From the NCBI RefSeq assembly GCF_001194135.2, contig NC_068991.1, positions 75,281,683 to 75,345,682 on the forward strand: a stretch of 64,000 nucleotides of DNA, in the 5' to 3' direction. A program made the translations under genes and the position numbers. Below are positions 27,511 through 38,338 of this stretch, piece by piece. Position 1 is the stretch's first letter. Each line of letters starts with the position of its first letter. Under the pieces are notes generated by a model. It had not been told where the DNA came from. It made no database searches and saw only the letters and a list, made by a program, of their open reading frames with translations. This DNA comes from Octopus bimaculoides. Its lineage: Eukaryota.

Positions 27511-28265
27511 GCCTTTGCACAGCTTCTAACGCTGGAGATGTACTACAGTGTCAGCTGTTCACTACCAGTGAACTAGGGTAACACTTCTTATTTTCCGAGC
27601 ACCTTCCGGAGTATTTGAGTGGATCCAAGTAGTGCTGCTTTCTGCAAGTGCTCCACCCTTATTGCAGCCCCTATTTGTTCCACGTACTTCTCGAGATTTT
27701 TGTTCATTGTTCCCAGGGCTCCGACAATTATTGGTTCCACTACTACCTTTTTCATCGACCACAACTGTTTTACCTCCCAAGCTAACCTCTCATATCTCTC
27801 GACTTTTCTTTCTTCCTTATCACATATCTTGTTGCCAGCTGGGCATGCTATATCTATGATCCAGCATAGTTTGTTTTCTTTCTCAATTAAGACTATGTTT
27901 GGCTTCCTATTCTCTATCTCATGGTCATACTGAGTTATAAAATCCCATAGGATCTTTGCATTTCTATTTTCGATGATACCTTCAGGTTTGTGGTCGTACC
28001 AATTTTTTGCTCTGTCAAGTCCATACTTGTTGCAAAGTGTTCAATGGACAAGCCTGGCTATATTGATGTGGTGTCTCCTATATTCCTTCTGGGCTAGTGG
28101 CATACATTGGCTGGTAATATGCCATATGGTTTCACCATTTTGTCCACAGATTCTGCACATATCACTTTCTGATGTGTTGTCTACTCTGTATTTTATGTAG
28201 TTAGTTCTTAGTGCTTGCTCTTGGGCAGCACAGATTAGAACCTCTGTTTCCAGTTTTAAATCACT
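27511..28265 (-). mobile_element. R4/Dong-like non-LTR retrotransposon 3' fragment (CCHC knuckle plus restriction-like endonuclease)
   Basis: Minus strand: DLKLETEVLICAAQEQALRTNYIKYRVD...CRICGQNGETIWHITSQCMPLAQKEYRRHH.NIARLVH, followed downstream by the IAC / KY..L / IIVGALG / LQKAALLG endonuclease region. Flanked on both sides by (AAT/ATT)n. Confidence 0.8.
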
Positions 28266-30023
28266 TATTATTATTATTATTATCATTATTATTATTATTA
28301 TTATTATTTCTATTTCAAATTTTTGCCACAACTGGTCCTTATTTTATCGACCCCAAAAGGATGAAAGGCAGAGTTGACCTTGGTGTAATTCGGATAATAA
28401 TAATTATTATTACTTCTGTTCTAAGCACTATGCCTTGAAATTTTAGGGGAGAGATCTAGTTGATTATATCGACTCCAGTGTGTAACTAGTACTTGATTTA
28501 TCAACCCCCAAAAGGATGAAAGGCAAAGTCGACCGTGGCGGAATTTGGATAATAATAATAATAATTATTATTATTATTTCTACTCTAGGCACAAAACCTT
28601 GAAAATGCTTTGGCAGGAAGGGGGCTAGTCGATTGCATCAACGCCAGTGCATAACTGGTACTTTTTACATTGACCCCAAAGTTTACTAATTATTATTATT
28701 GTTATTCTTCACCATCATCATTACTATTATTGTTATTATTATTATTATTATTATTATTGTTATTATTATGCTATCAACTTTTCTCTTGTACTACTGTAAC
28801 TGACCTTGATGTCACACACACACACACACACACACGCATATACATACATACATACATACATACATGCATACATACACTTTATATAATAAACTATGTATAT
28901 GTTTGTGTGTGTACATATACACACACACATATTCATACATATATATGCACACATACACATATACAAACGTATTACATATTTACACAATTTACACGTGTGC
29001 TTGTTCTGTCTTATTGTTGTCTTCTCTCTCTCCCCTCCCCGCCCCCTGTCTGTCTTCCTCTCTCTCCTTCTCTCTCTCTCTCTCAAATGTATTGTATCTT
29101 CACCTCTACATTTAATCCCTCTTCACTCTGAAGTGTTTTGTTTCATCTTTTACGCTTTTTTACTTCACATTTAATGTTGATCTTAATTACCATTGTACCA
29201 ATATGATCAGTTACATCTTTTTTTATATATGTATATATATATTTTTTATTCTAGCTTCTAATTGTTTGAACACTCATTAATAAAATCCATCAGAAATACT
29301 TTTTAAAAAAATTGTTTTTTTTTTACACTTTTAATCAAAAGCTATCAGAAGTGAAGTAGAATCATTAATGAAATTTAACTGATACTGTCTGACCCACTTT
29401 TACATCAAACATCTTTTTAATATGTCTCTTCCCCTCAATATCTCAGATAACTTATTATATATGCAATTTTCTTTTTCTCAGACTATTAACCTCATCTGTA
29501 GAGATGTAATATCTGTTTTTAATATTTCTTTCTTTATTGCATTACATTTGATCTTCAATTGTCATCAGGTGTCTTGTATCTTCATATGTTCATAATCTCA
29601 GAGTAGATTTACACCAAGAGCTTCTTGTTTCTAAACCAAGAGAAGTAACAATCTTAGAAACACTAAATATGAGCTTTATATGTGTCTCTCTTTTACTGTT
29701 TTCTGTTGAGCAGCCGACTGGTCATTCCATTTTTGAGTCTGCCTGCCTTTGTGTTGCTAGAAACAGAAGCCAAATCTTTCTCAAGTTGTACTCTGCTTTC
29801 TTGGAAAAGAACACATTGGGTAGTATTGCCTGGGCTACACCATGCCTAATGAAATGTGAGGATGGTCATAGCTGGAATGCTTTTGGTCATAGGTCTGCCT
29901 TATTGAGGTTGACTTGTGGTTACACAGTAATATAATAAGTGTATAAAAGGATTATTACTGTTTTAATGCAAGAAGTAATAATAATAATAATAATAATAAT
30001 AATGATAATAATAATAATAATAA

Positions 30024-30665
30024 GTTTGGAGAAACCACAAGCCACATTGTATGCGAATGTAGCTCTTTGGCACAAGAGAAGTACAAGAGGGCATGACAAT
30101 GTTGCTCAAATTGTACATTGATTTTTATGTGGGAAATACAACTTGGAACGAGCTGACAAGTCTTATGGACACCAGCCACGTGCTGTAATGGAAAACGATA
30201 TGGTGAGATTGCTATGGGATTTCAATGTGTAATGTGACAATCTGATTGAAGCAAGAAGACTTGATTTGATTCTGACTGAGAAAGAAGAAAGACATTGTTG
30301 GATTATTGACATTGCCATCCCAGGAGATATCTGTGTGATAGAAAAGGAGAAGGATAAAGTGGATAGGTACCAAGATTTGAAGCACGAGGTAGCATGTTTG
30401 TGGAAACTCAGGAAAGTGGATGTTAAACCTTTTGTGATAGGGACACTTAGAACCGTGAGAAACCAATTTCAGAAGTGGTTTGGCACACTTGAACTCACTA
30501 TCAATACTAAGATGCTGCAGAAAACAGCACTGCTTGGAACAGCCAGGATTTTGAGAATAGTTGTGTCAATGTAACTGGAATGAGGAAATTGACAGGACCC
30601 AGGGTCATCAGTTATGATCAGCTCCTGATAAAAAGATATTGACATGCAATTAGTCTGAGAAATGT
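30024..30665 (+). mobile_element. R4/Dong-like retrotransposon 3' fragment, a more diverged second subfamily
   Basis: HDNVAQIVH...LLWDFNV...IEARRLDLILTEKEERHCWIIDIAIPGD...EKEKDKVDRYQDLKHEVACLW...LQKTALLGTARILRIVVSM. Begins directly after (AAT)n and is followed by (TAC)/(AAT) repeats. Confidence 0.82.
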
Positions 30666-32555
30666 AATTATACTACTACTACTAATAATAATAATAATTA
30701 ATATCATCATCATCATCTCCTCCTCCTTCTCCTCTCAACCAATGCATGTTTTACCTCAATGTGCTGGGAGCCTCTTTTCCCCCATTAGCTTTGGTGAGTC
30801 CTCAGTTTAATGTTGCATGCCTCTGTCAGTAACATAAGTAAGTAAAGCTGAGTGGCCTGCTTCTTCTATTAGTATGCAGGACTGAATTATTCAAGATGTA
30901 GCATCTGACCTGAGCTAGTGTTCAGTATGATAGCAGTGGCCAGCTAAGACCATCCGTCATTGAGCAACAATATTTGAAATGGGAAGAAGACAGAAATGGG
31001 AGCTGGCAGAAACGTTAGCACACTGGACAAAATGCTTAGCGGTATTTCGTCTGTCTTTACATTCTGAGTTCAAATTCCGCCGAGGTTGACTTTCATCCTT
31101 TTGGGTTTGATAAATTAAGTACCAGTTGCATACTGGGTCGATCTAACCAACTGGCTCCCCTCCCACCAAATTTCAGGCCTTGTGCCTAGAGGTTTAAGGC
31201 AGTGAGATAGCAAAAACGTTAGCACACCAGGCGAAACACTTAGTGGTATTTCGTCTGTTTTTACATTCTGAGTTCAAATTCTGCCAAGGTCAACTTTGCC
31301 TTTCATCCTTTCGGGGTCAATAAATTAAGTACCAGTTGCATACTGGGGTTGATCTAATCAGCTGGCCCCCTCCCCCAAAATTTCAGGCTTTGTACCTAGA
31401 GTAGAAAAGAATATTTGAAATGGGAGGAGTGTGTTTACGTGTCTTTTTTGAGATGGTGTGATCCCTAATGAATCAATCTTGAAACTCCTTCTGTAAAGTC
31501 CAGGTTGGATAATCTTAACAATTTACATCAACAGCTGTAAGCATCGAGGGAGATCGATATTTTTACTGCTTCTATCTCAATGATGAGCAGAGATGCATTC
31601 TGCTGATTATTTTTAATTTCTTGTCTTTACCAAAGGAGATAATTGTACACAAACACTGAAATGATTTCTGGAGGAAAATCCAATATTTGTTATTATTAGA
31701 GACTGAACGAAAGTTGTAAAACTAGGTAATAATTAGAAATAACAGCAGTTTCTCTTTCTCTTTTTTCTTCCAAGTCTTCTTGTTTGATTTACCTTTCATT
31801 TGATTCAGTAATTGTTATTGGCCTAATTAACAAACCATTGTAATGGAGATAGTAAAAGATCTGCAATCTGATGTAACATAAGCATTAGGGTTAGTTATCA
31901 TCATCATCATTATCATCATTTGAATGTTCACTTTCCCTTGCTTGTCTGGGTTAGATAGACTTTTCTCAGGCAGATGTTCTATGGCTGGTTGCCTTTGCTG
32001 TTGCCAAACCTTGTGTGTTTCCAAACAAAGTAATACTTTACCCTGACCAGAAATAGACATATTTTCACTGAAGATTAAGAATGAATGATGCTATTCATAT
32101 GATGGGGACACTCATTTACGACTGTTGTGTGATGCCAAGACTAGGAATCACAAACACTCACTCTCACAATGTACTTCTTTCAGTTTCCCCTCCACTAAAT
32201 CCACTCATAAGATTTTGTTCAGTCTGGGGTTGTAGTAGAAGGCATTTACCTAAAGTCTCACACAGTGGGACTGAACCTAAAACCTCATGATTGGAAAGTG
32301 GACTTCTTAACCATGCAGAACCAAGCCAATGTAAGTGCTGCAACCTGCTGGAATTTGCAGTCAAATATTCCTCAAAGGTTGTCTCACCATCTTCAAAATG
32401 GGTGAATGTCCTGAATGTAATATACATCAAAAAAAGATCTTGCCTTTCTCGTTTGGCCATTTACCTGCCTACCATGCCATACACCTGCCAAATCAGAACT
32501 GACTCAAGGATACACAGCAACAACAATTATATACAAAGATTATATACATTATTTT

Positions 32556-33350
32556 CTACATTTGACGGATATTTGTCCTCATCTTGTTTGTTGTTAACAC
32601 AACGTTTCGGCTGATATACCCTCCAGCCTTCATCAGGTGTTTTGAGGAAATTTCGAACCTGGGTTCTCATTCCTAAGGTATTTTTTGATGTTATTATTAT
32701 TATTTAGGTCACTGGAATTGAACTCAGAATCTTGGGGTTAGTAGCCTGTGCCCTTAACCACTACGCCATATGCCTGTGGGCAATGATGGAGTGAATTTTT
32801 AGGGCTTATAAATCTAATATTTTCCTATCCTTCCTCAATACCGGTTCCCATATGCTATTCATATCTGCACTTGGTCTGCTTAGGAGGTTGTTGTGTCCTA
32901 GCATATGTGCTGCTTCTTTTAGTTTTCGTATTTTCCAGTGGTGTTCTCTGTCTATTATTTTAACTTCATCCCACAGGGGTAGGTGGTCTCCATTTTTCCA
33001 TACATGATCAGCTATACCCGATTTATCAATATCTTCCCGGGTCACAGCTTTGCAATGTTCCTCTACCTTTATTTTGAGGGGGCAGCATGTTTCGCCTTTG
33101 TATAACCCACCACAGCTGCATGGGATGGACTACATGCAGTTCTTGGTCATATTCTCTTTTATTGGTGGTTCTACTTGAAGGAGATATTTGCGAAGTGTTG
33201 TATTACTCTTGAATACAGTCCTGATCTCATACGGGCCACATATCTTTTGTTTTTGCGGTAGTTGTTGCTTAATAGATTGTTACTGAGCTTCATTTCTTTG
33301 TGGTGGGTAGAACTGTCTTTTTTTATTCTTCTCCTCTTCAGCGATCATTA
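32556..33350 (-). mobile_element. Penelope-like retroelement 3' part: GIY-YIG endonuclease (one premature stop), tRNA-like segment and hammerhead-bearing terminal repeat
   Basis: Minus strand reads KICGPYEIRTVFKSNTTLRKYLLQV...KNCM*SIPCSCGGLYKGETCCPLKIKVEEHCKAVTREDIDKSGIADHVWKNGDH...WDEVKIIDREHHWKIRKLKEAAHM, the Penelope GIY-YIG signature with a stop at the first conserved Tyr. The ORF ends at 32806 and is followed by the repeat described in the findings. Confidence 0.88.
32596..32641 (-). ncRNA. Minimal type I hammerhead ribozyme motif (Penelope-associated), best-preserved copy
   Basis: Minus strand: AACAC-CUGAUGA-A-GGCUG(GAGGGUAUAU)CAGCC-GAA-ACGU-U-GUGUU. Stem I AACAC/GUGUU, stem II GGCUG/CAGCC, both core boxes, a loopless palindromic ACGU helix III and a GUU cleavage triplet. 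An extra A before stem II is non-canonical. Confidence 0.72.
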
Positions 33351-34125
33351 TCCTCAATGTTCTGAACTATACTTTCTCAGTTCAAAAGTGTTATCTATGT
33401 TCCTGCAAATTTAATGCTTCGTATAATTGGTGCAACTATGAGAAATCTTCCCTGAAGGCTTTCAAAAAAAAAAAAAAAGAAAGAAAAAAGAAAAACAAAA
33501 GCCTATTTGATTAGAAATCTTTTATTCTATTGAAAGTTATTAAATAATATTATTGATTGACATAAGTAGGTAAATAGCCTGGAAGATGAATTTTTGTCTT
33601 CGATGGAGAAAAGCTTGAGTTTATAATCTCTCTCTCTAACTCATTCTCTCTCTCCCTCTCTCTGGGTGTTGGTGTGTGTGTATGTTGAGAACCCATCTAC
33701 ATACAAAGCTTGTGAAGTAAATTACATTTTTAGCCTTCAGAATATCTCGTATAATTCCATAATGTTCTGTAAGGAATTAGAATTTACATGTAATTCTTTA
33801 TTGTTTTAAGCATCAAAAACTGATGTTGTTGTTGATAAGTGAATAGCAAGTAGGCATGAGAAGTTCTCTGAACATGTGTTTGCTGATGTAATCTGACAGT
33901 TTGGAGATAATTATGTGAGTACAGATCAGGGTCATTTTTAAGTTTTCCTTTCATTCTGCTGAAGTCATCCTGACATGAAACGCTGAGCAACCTCCAGTCA
34001 ATAATTAGCCAATCACTTCTATATGTCTTCTCAGTTACAAAGGAAGCCTGTTGCATGATTCTGTTTCAAAATTAAAAGTTCCATAGTTCATAATATGTGC
34101 TAGAAATATATATATATATGCATTA

Positions 34126-34320
34126 TTAACCCTTTAACAATTAAACTGATCATATACTCCTTGTTTCATGTTCAAACTGACCAGATCTGGCTTCTCGCAG
34201 TTACCCTACAATGTCATTCTAAAAATAAATAGTCACATCATTGAAGTGCATATTAATTAAGAACAGTGTAAATAAATAAGCATTACATTTGTGAGAGTAA
34301 TCTGAATGATAAAGGCTTAA
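34126..34320 (+). mobile_element. Second TTAA-flanked MITE
   Basis: ttaa|ccctttaaca ... tgataaaggc|ttaa, with imperfect terminal inverted repeats. Confidence 0.6.
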
Positions 34321-34546
34321 CCCCTTCGTTACCAACCCGGTTGAAACCACCTCTGGCTCTGTAGTACAAATGTCTTGTTTTCATAAGTTCTGAATTAAAA
34401 TCTTCCACCAAACCTTAGTCACAATTTTATGTTCCTAACACTAGCTTAATGATAACTAAGTTATTTTACTAAATTCTTTGTTATATTTAAAGTAATTGAA
34501 AAAAACACAGAGTATCTGAACATTAATATGGTAACAAAAGGGTTAT
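34317..34546 (+). mobile_element. piggyBac-like MITE family (TTAA flank, about 14-bp TIR CCCTTY-GTTACCA). Other copies: 8889-9118 (-), 22367-22572 (+, partial), 34695-34892 (+, 5'-truncated)
   Basis: ttaa|ccccttcgttacca ... tggtaacaaaaggg|ttat, with near-identical internal sequence at four loci. Confidence 0.75.
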
Positions 34547-36749
34547 GAAGAAAAATAATCAGCAGAAGACATAAGAGAAGGTGACCTAAAGTGTGGTCAC
34601 TCTATATGTTAGAAATAATAGCCTAAATTTCCTTCAATCTACACCCTTCCAACTGCTTCTAATGTGCATCTGCCCAAATGTAGAGGTGTGTTTAAACTAC
34701 CTCTGGCTCTGTAGTACAAATGTCTTGTTTTCAAAAGTTCTGAATTAAAATCTTTCACCAAACCTTAGTCATAATATATGTGTGACTAGCTTAATGGTAA
34801 CTGAGTTATTTTACTAAATTCTTTGTTATATTTAAAATTAATTGGAAGAAATACAGAGCATCTCAACAGAGATATGGTAACAAAAGGGTTAAGTGGCCTT
34901 GAAAACAGAACTTTAGACATTAAACAGAACTTTAGACATTAATATGAACACTAATCTAAAGTATTTAGAATCATTTTCTAACCTAAAGTAGAATCTGTAC
35001 TGTATTATACTTTTTAAAGTCTATATTATCAAGTCAGCTTGTTCTCGATTATTATCATAAGAGATCAAATCTAATTAGTCGAAGACAATTGTATATTTAA
35101 CAGTGCCAATATTATTAAATCTTACAGTTCTTAGAATTGCTGATGCTTCTTTATGCCAATCACTATGACAGTGATAATGTAGGCACTATAATTAACAATG
35201 TCTGTAATTGCTCTACTCTAACTCTTTCCTTTGTCAATTCACCCAATTGAACCAAAGTGTTTCATCGTCCTACATCATCAATACGATCAATACCTCCAGC
35301 AATTACTTATTCATATTTAAATGAAATCATCAATATAAATTTCGTTACTGTACTTGTAATAGCACATGACTTTACTAGATAAACTCTTGTAGCTCTTCAT
35401 CCAATATTTTTATATGAAGTCTGTATATTCTTTGAATTAACCAGCTTCACATTCTTTAACAATAACTCCAAATTTGAAGGGTTTCTAAAATAACATGGAG
35501 CCGTAGTAGCAAATATTAAAAAATGCAACAAACAGAACCGGTTACTTCAATTCCAATACCGCTGGCATATTTAACAGCAATACTTGTCATCTTACTACTC
35601 CACCCCCCCCCAGCTTCCTTCAACTCCTTGTTCTCCTCCTCCCTTCTCATCTCCCTTTTTTTCTTCTCCTTGTTCTCCTCCTCCTCCCTCTCCCTTGGCA
35701 TCTAGGTAAGTCTAAGATCAAAAGACATTCCAGATTGGATCTTCTGGACTTTTGTTTATATTTTTTGACATTTATACAAACCTAAATCTAAACTTTCCAA
35801 TGTACAGTGTGTGGTCTGAAGTAAATTTTGCTACTCTTTTAGCAGATCATGTAACCTCTTATATTTTACATTATTCATCACATGCTGGCCCAGTGGGATG
35901 TGAAGGTCTAAAACAGGGCCCCCTCGTAGAAACCTAAAAAGCATAAAAGCATCTATTTTCCATCACATTTGATATATATATCAACTATTTTTATAGCGGG
36001 ATTTTCAATGAAAGCTTGCAGGTTTCATATATTTCTTTCTTTATTAATATCAATAAAAGCATAAAATAAAAGCTCAGCACTTGGACCACTTTTCAGATTT
36101 TATACAAAAGAAAAAAAAATATGAGTTCTGAGGGGAAACAGCATAAAGAAAGGAAGAGAATGAACTGAGGATGGATTATTTTATGTATCATCATCATCAT
36201 CATCATCATTGTTTAACGTCCGCCTTCCATGCTAGCATGGGTTGGACGATTTGACTGAGGACTGGTGAAACCAGATGGCTACACCAGGCTCCAATCTGAT
36301 TTGGCAGAGTTTCTACAGCTGGATGCCCTTCCTAATGCCAACCACTCCGAGAGTGTAGTGGGTGCTTTTACGTGTCATCCGCACGAAGGCCAGTCAGGCG
36401 GTACTGGCAACGATCTTGCTCGAAAATCCTATGAAGGCCAGTCAGGCGGTACTGGCAACGGCCACGCTCAAAATGGTATATTTTATGTGCCACCCGCACA
36501 AGAGCCAGTCCAGGGGCACTGGCAATGATATATATATGTATGATATTTGGGGATCTTTTATTTTTTGTTTTGTAAAATCATAAGGAAAAAGAAAAAGTCA
36601 AACAAATAAATGAGAAACAATTGAAAATAAATGGACATCAGGTTTAAAATTATATATGTTGGGATCTCACTTTATATTCACAGACATATGTATGCATGTG
36701 TGTGTGTGTGTGTGTGTGTGCTCATTCACACATACTTTCTTTCTTGCCT

Positions 36750-36955
36750 TTAACCCTCCAACGCAGAGTGTAGGCCACTTATAATTGAATTCCATGTCGC
36801 ATAATTTTTCGCTTCTGTACTTATACTCTGCCATGAATGTCCCCCTTTCTCTAGTTCCTTTTGTGTTGATCTACGCCACAAATTCTTAGGCTTCCCCCTC
36901 TTTCTATATCCATCCGGATTCCACTGTAAAGCACTTTTCGCTACATTCACACATA
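36750..36955 (-). mobile_element. Decayed RTE-type LINE 3' end
   Basis: VAKSALQWNPDGYRKRGKPKNLWRRSTQKELEKGGHSW...A..ATWNSIISGLHS matches the AL.WNP.G.R.RGRP..TWRR C-terminal motif. Confidence 0.75.
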
Positions 36956-38084
36956 CATATTACCAATAATAGTAATGGCTTCTTTTATTATTATATTATT
37001 AATAATAGTAATAATAATAATGATAGTGCGGGGCCAAGGGAAGAATTTAAACCAAATTATTTTTAATGAGGCTTAATACACCCATGATATGAATAACATT
37101 GTTACAAAATAATGCTTAGAAAATTTTGTCTTCTTCATTGATGCAGCAATATTTTCGCTTTATTTTCTGGGAATTTTTGTTGTAATTTTTATTCTTCCCT
37201 TCTTTGTGTGATATCCCTGCAAGCTGTAAAATAACGAATAGAATATCACTGCTTATTTGCAAATATAATGATGCTGATTACTGTTATTGTCTTTCGAAAT
37301 ACAAGGAACCCATTGGCTTGCCTGTAGAAAGCATGTTTTCATATTCACTTCTATAAGGATTTTTATTCTCAACGACTAGAAAAACTAATGGAAGAGCAGC
37401 AGGGCATAGAATGCTATGATGTGGAAGCCAAGTCTTAAATCTTGTACTCTGTAACCTGAAATCATTGTTTTGCTTATATTAGAACAAACAGTCTCTTTAT
37501 ATTCTTCTTGTTATAGTGATTCAACAATTTCTTTGGAATTGGTTTGCTTCCCAACCACATGATTCAGAAGTGAATGTACATATCTATGTGTGTGCATTTT
37601 TGTGTTTGTATCTTACCATTGCTTGACAATCATTGTTAGTTTGTTTATGTTTCTATAACTTAGCAGTTTGGCAAAAGGAGAATGATAGAATAAGGAGTAA
37701 GCTTAGAAAAAAGAAACAGTTAAGTACTGGAATCAATTTGTTTGACTGAACCCTTCAACGCTCTGCTCCAGCTTGGCTATTGTCCTAATGAATGAAACAA
37801 GAGAAAATAAAAGATAATTTATCCAGAGACATTATTTTGTTGGATAGTTTGCCTAGCAGTATTTTTATTTTTTCTAAGTTTCTTCTCTTTAAGTTCAAAT
37901 CCCACTGAAGTCAGATTTGCTTCTCATTCTTTTAGTGAGGCTGATGTAGAAGAATAACAATCCAAAGCAGTAGATTGTCAGCACTATTCAAGTGTTGGGC
38001 CAGATGCTTTGCGAGATCTGAACTGGCACTCTGCATTCTGCGAGCAACATCTGTGAAGACACTGCTACTAACTTATATCAGCTT

Positions 38085-38338
38085 TTAACACATTAACTGC
38101 CATGGCCTCTTACTCGAACTTACCGGTGACACCATGTAATTTGTGTGCTACTGCCGTCAATGTTTAATTACAAGGAAATGTAATTTTTTGGCATTTTTAC
38201 AATATTTTGTAATTAAACTTTAACATGTAGCACTTGTGTTCTTTAAACATCCTTGAAACTGTCAAAAATGCAGAATAAAATACTTTCACAAATTATAAAA
38301 ATGTGCACCAAGGATACATGTGGCAATTAACATGTTAA
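38085..38338. mobile_element. Small TTAA-flanked element with imperfect TIRs
   Basis: ttaa|cacattaactgcca ... tggcaattaacatg|ttaa; 11 of 14 terminal bases are complementary. Confidence 0.55.

Noticed and set aside
32705-32780. Functional tRNA gene (also the SINE heads)
   Set aside because: No complete acceptor stem or cloverleaf; these are tRNA-derived repeat heads.
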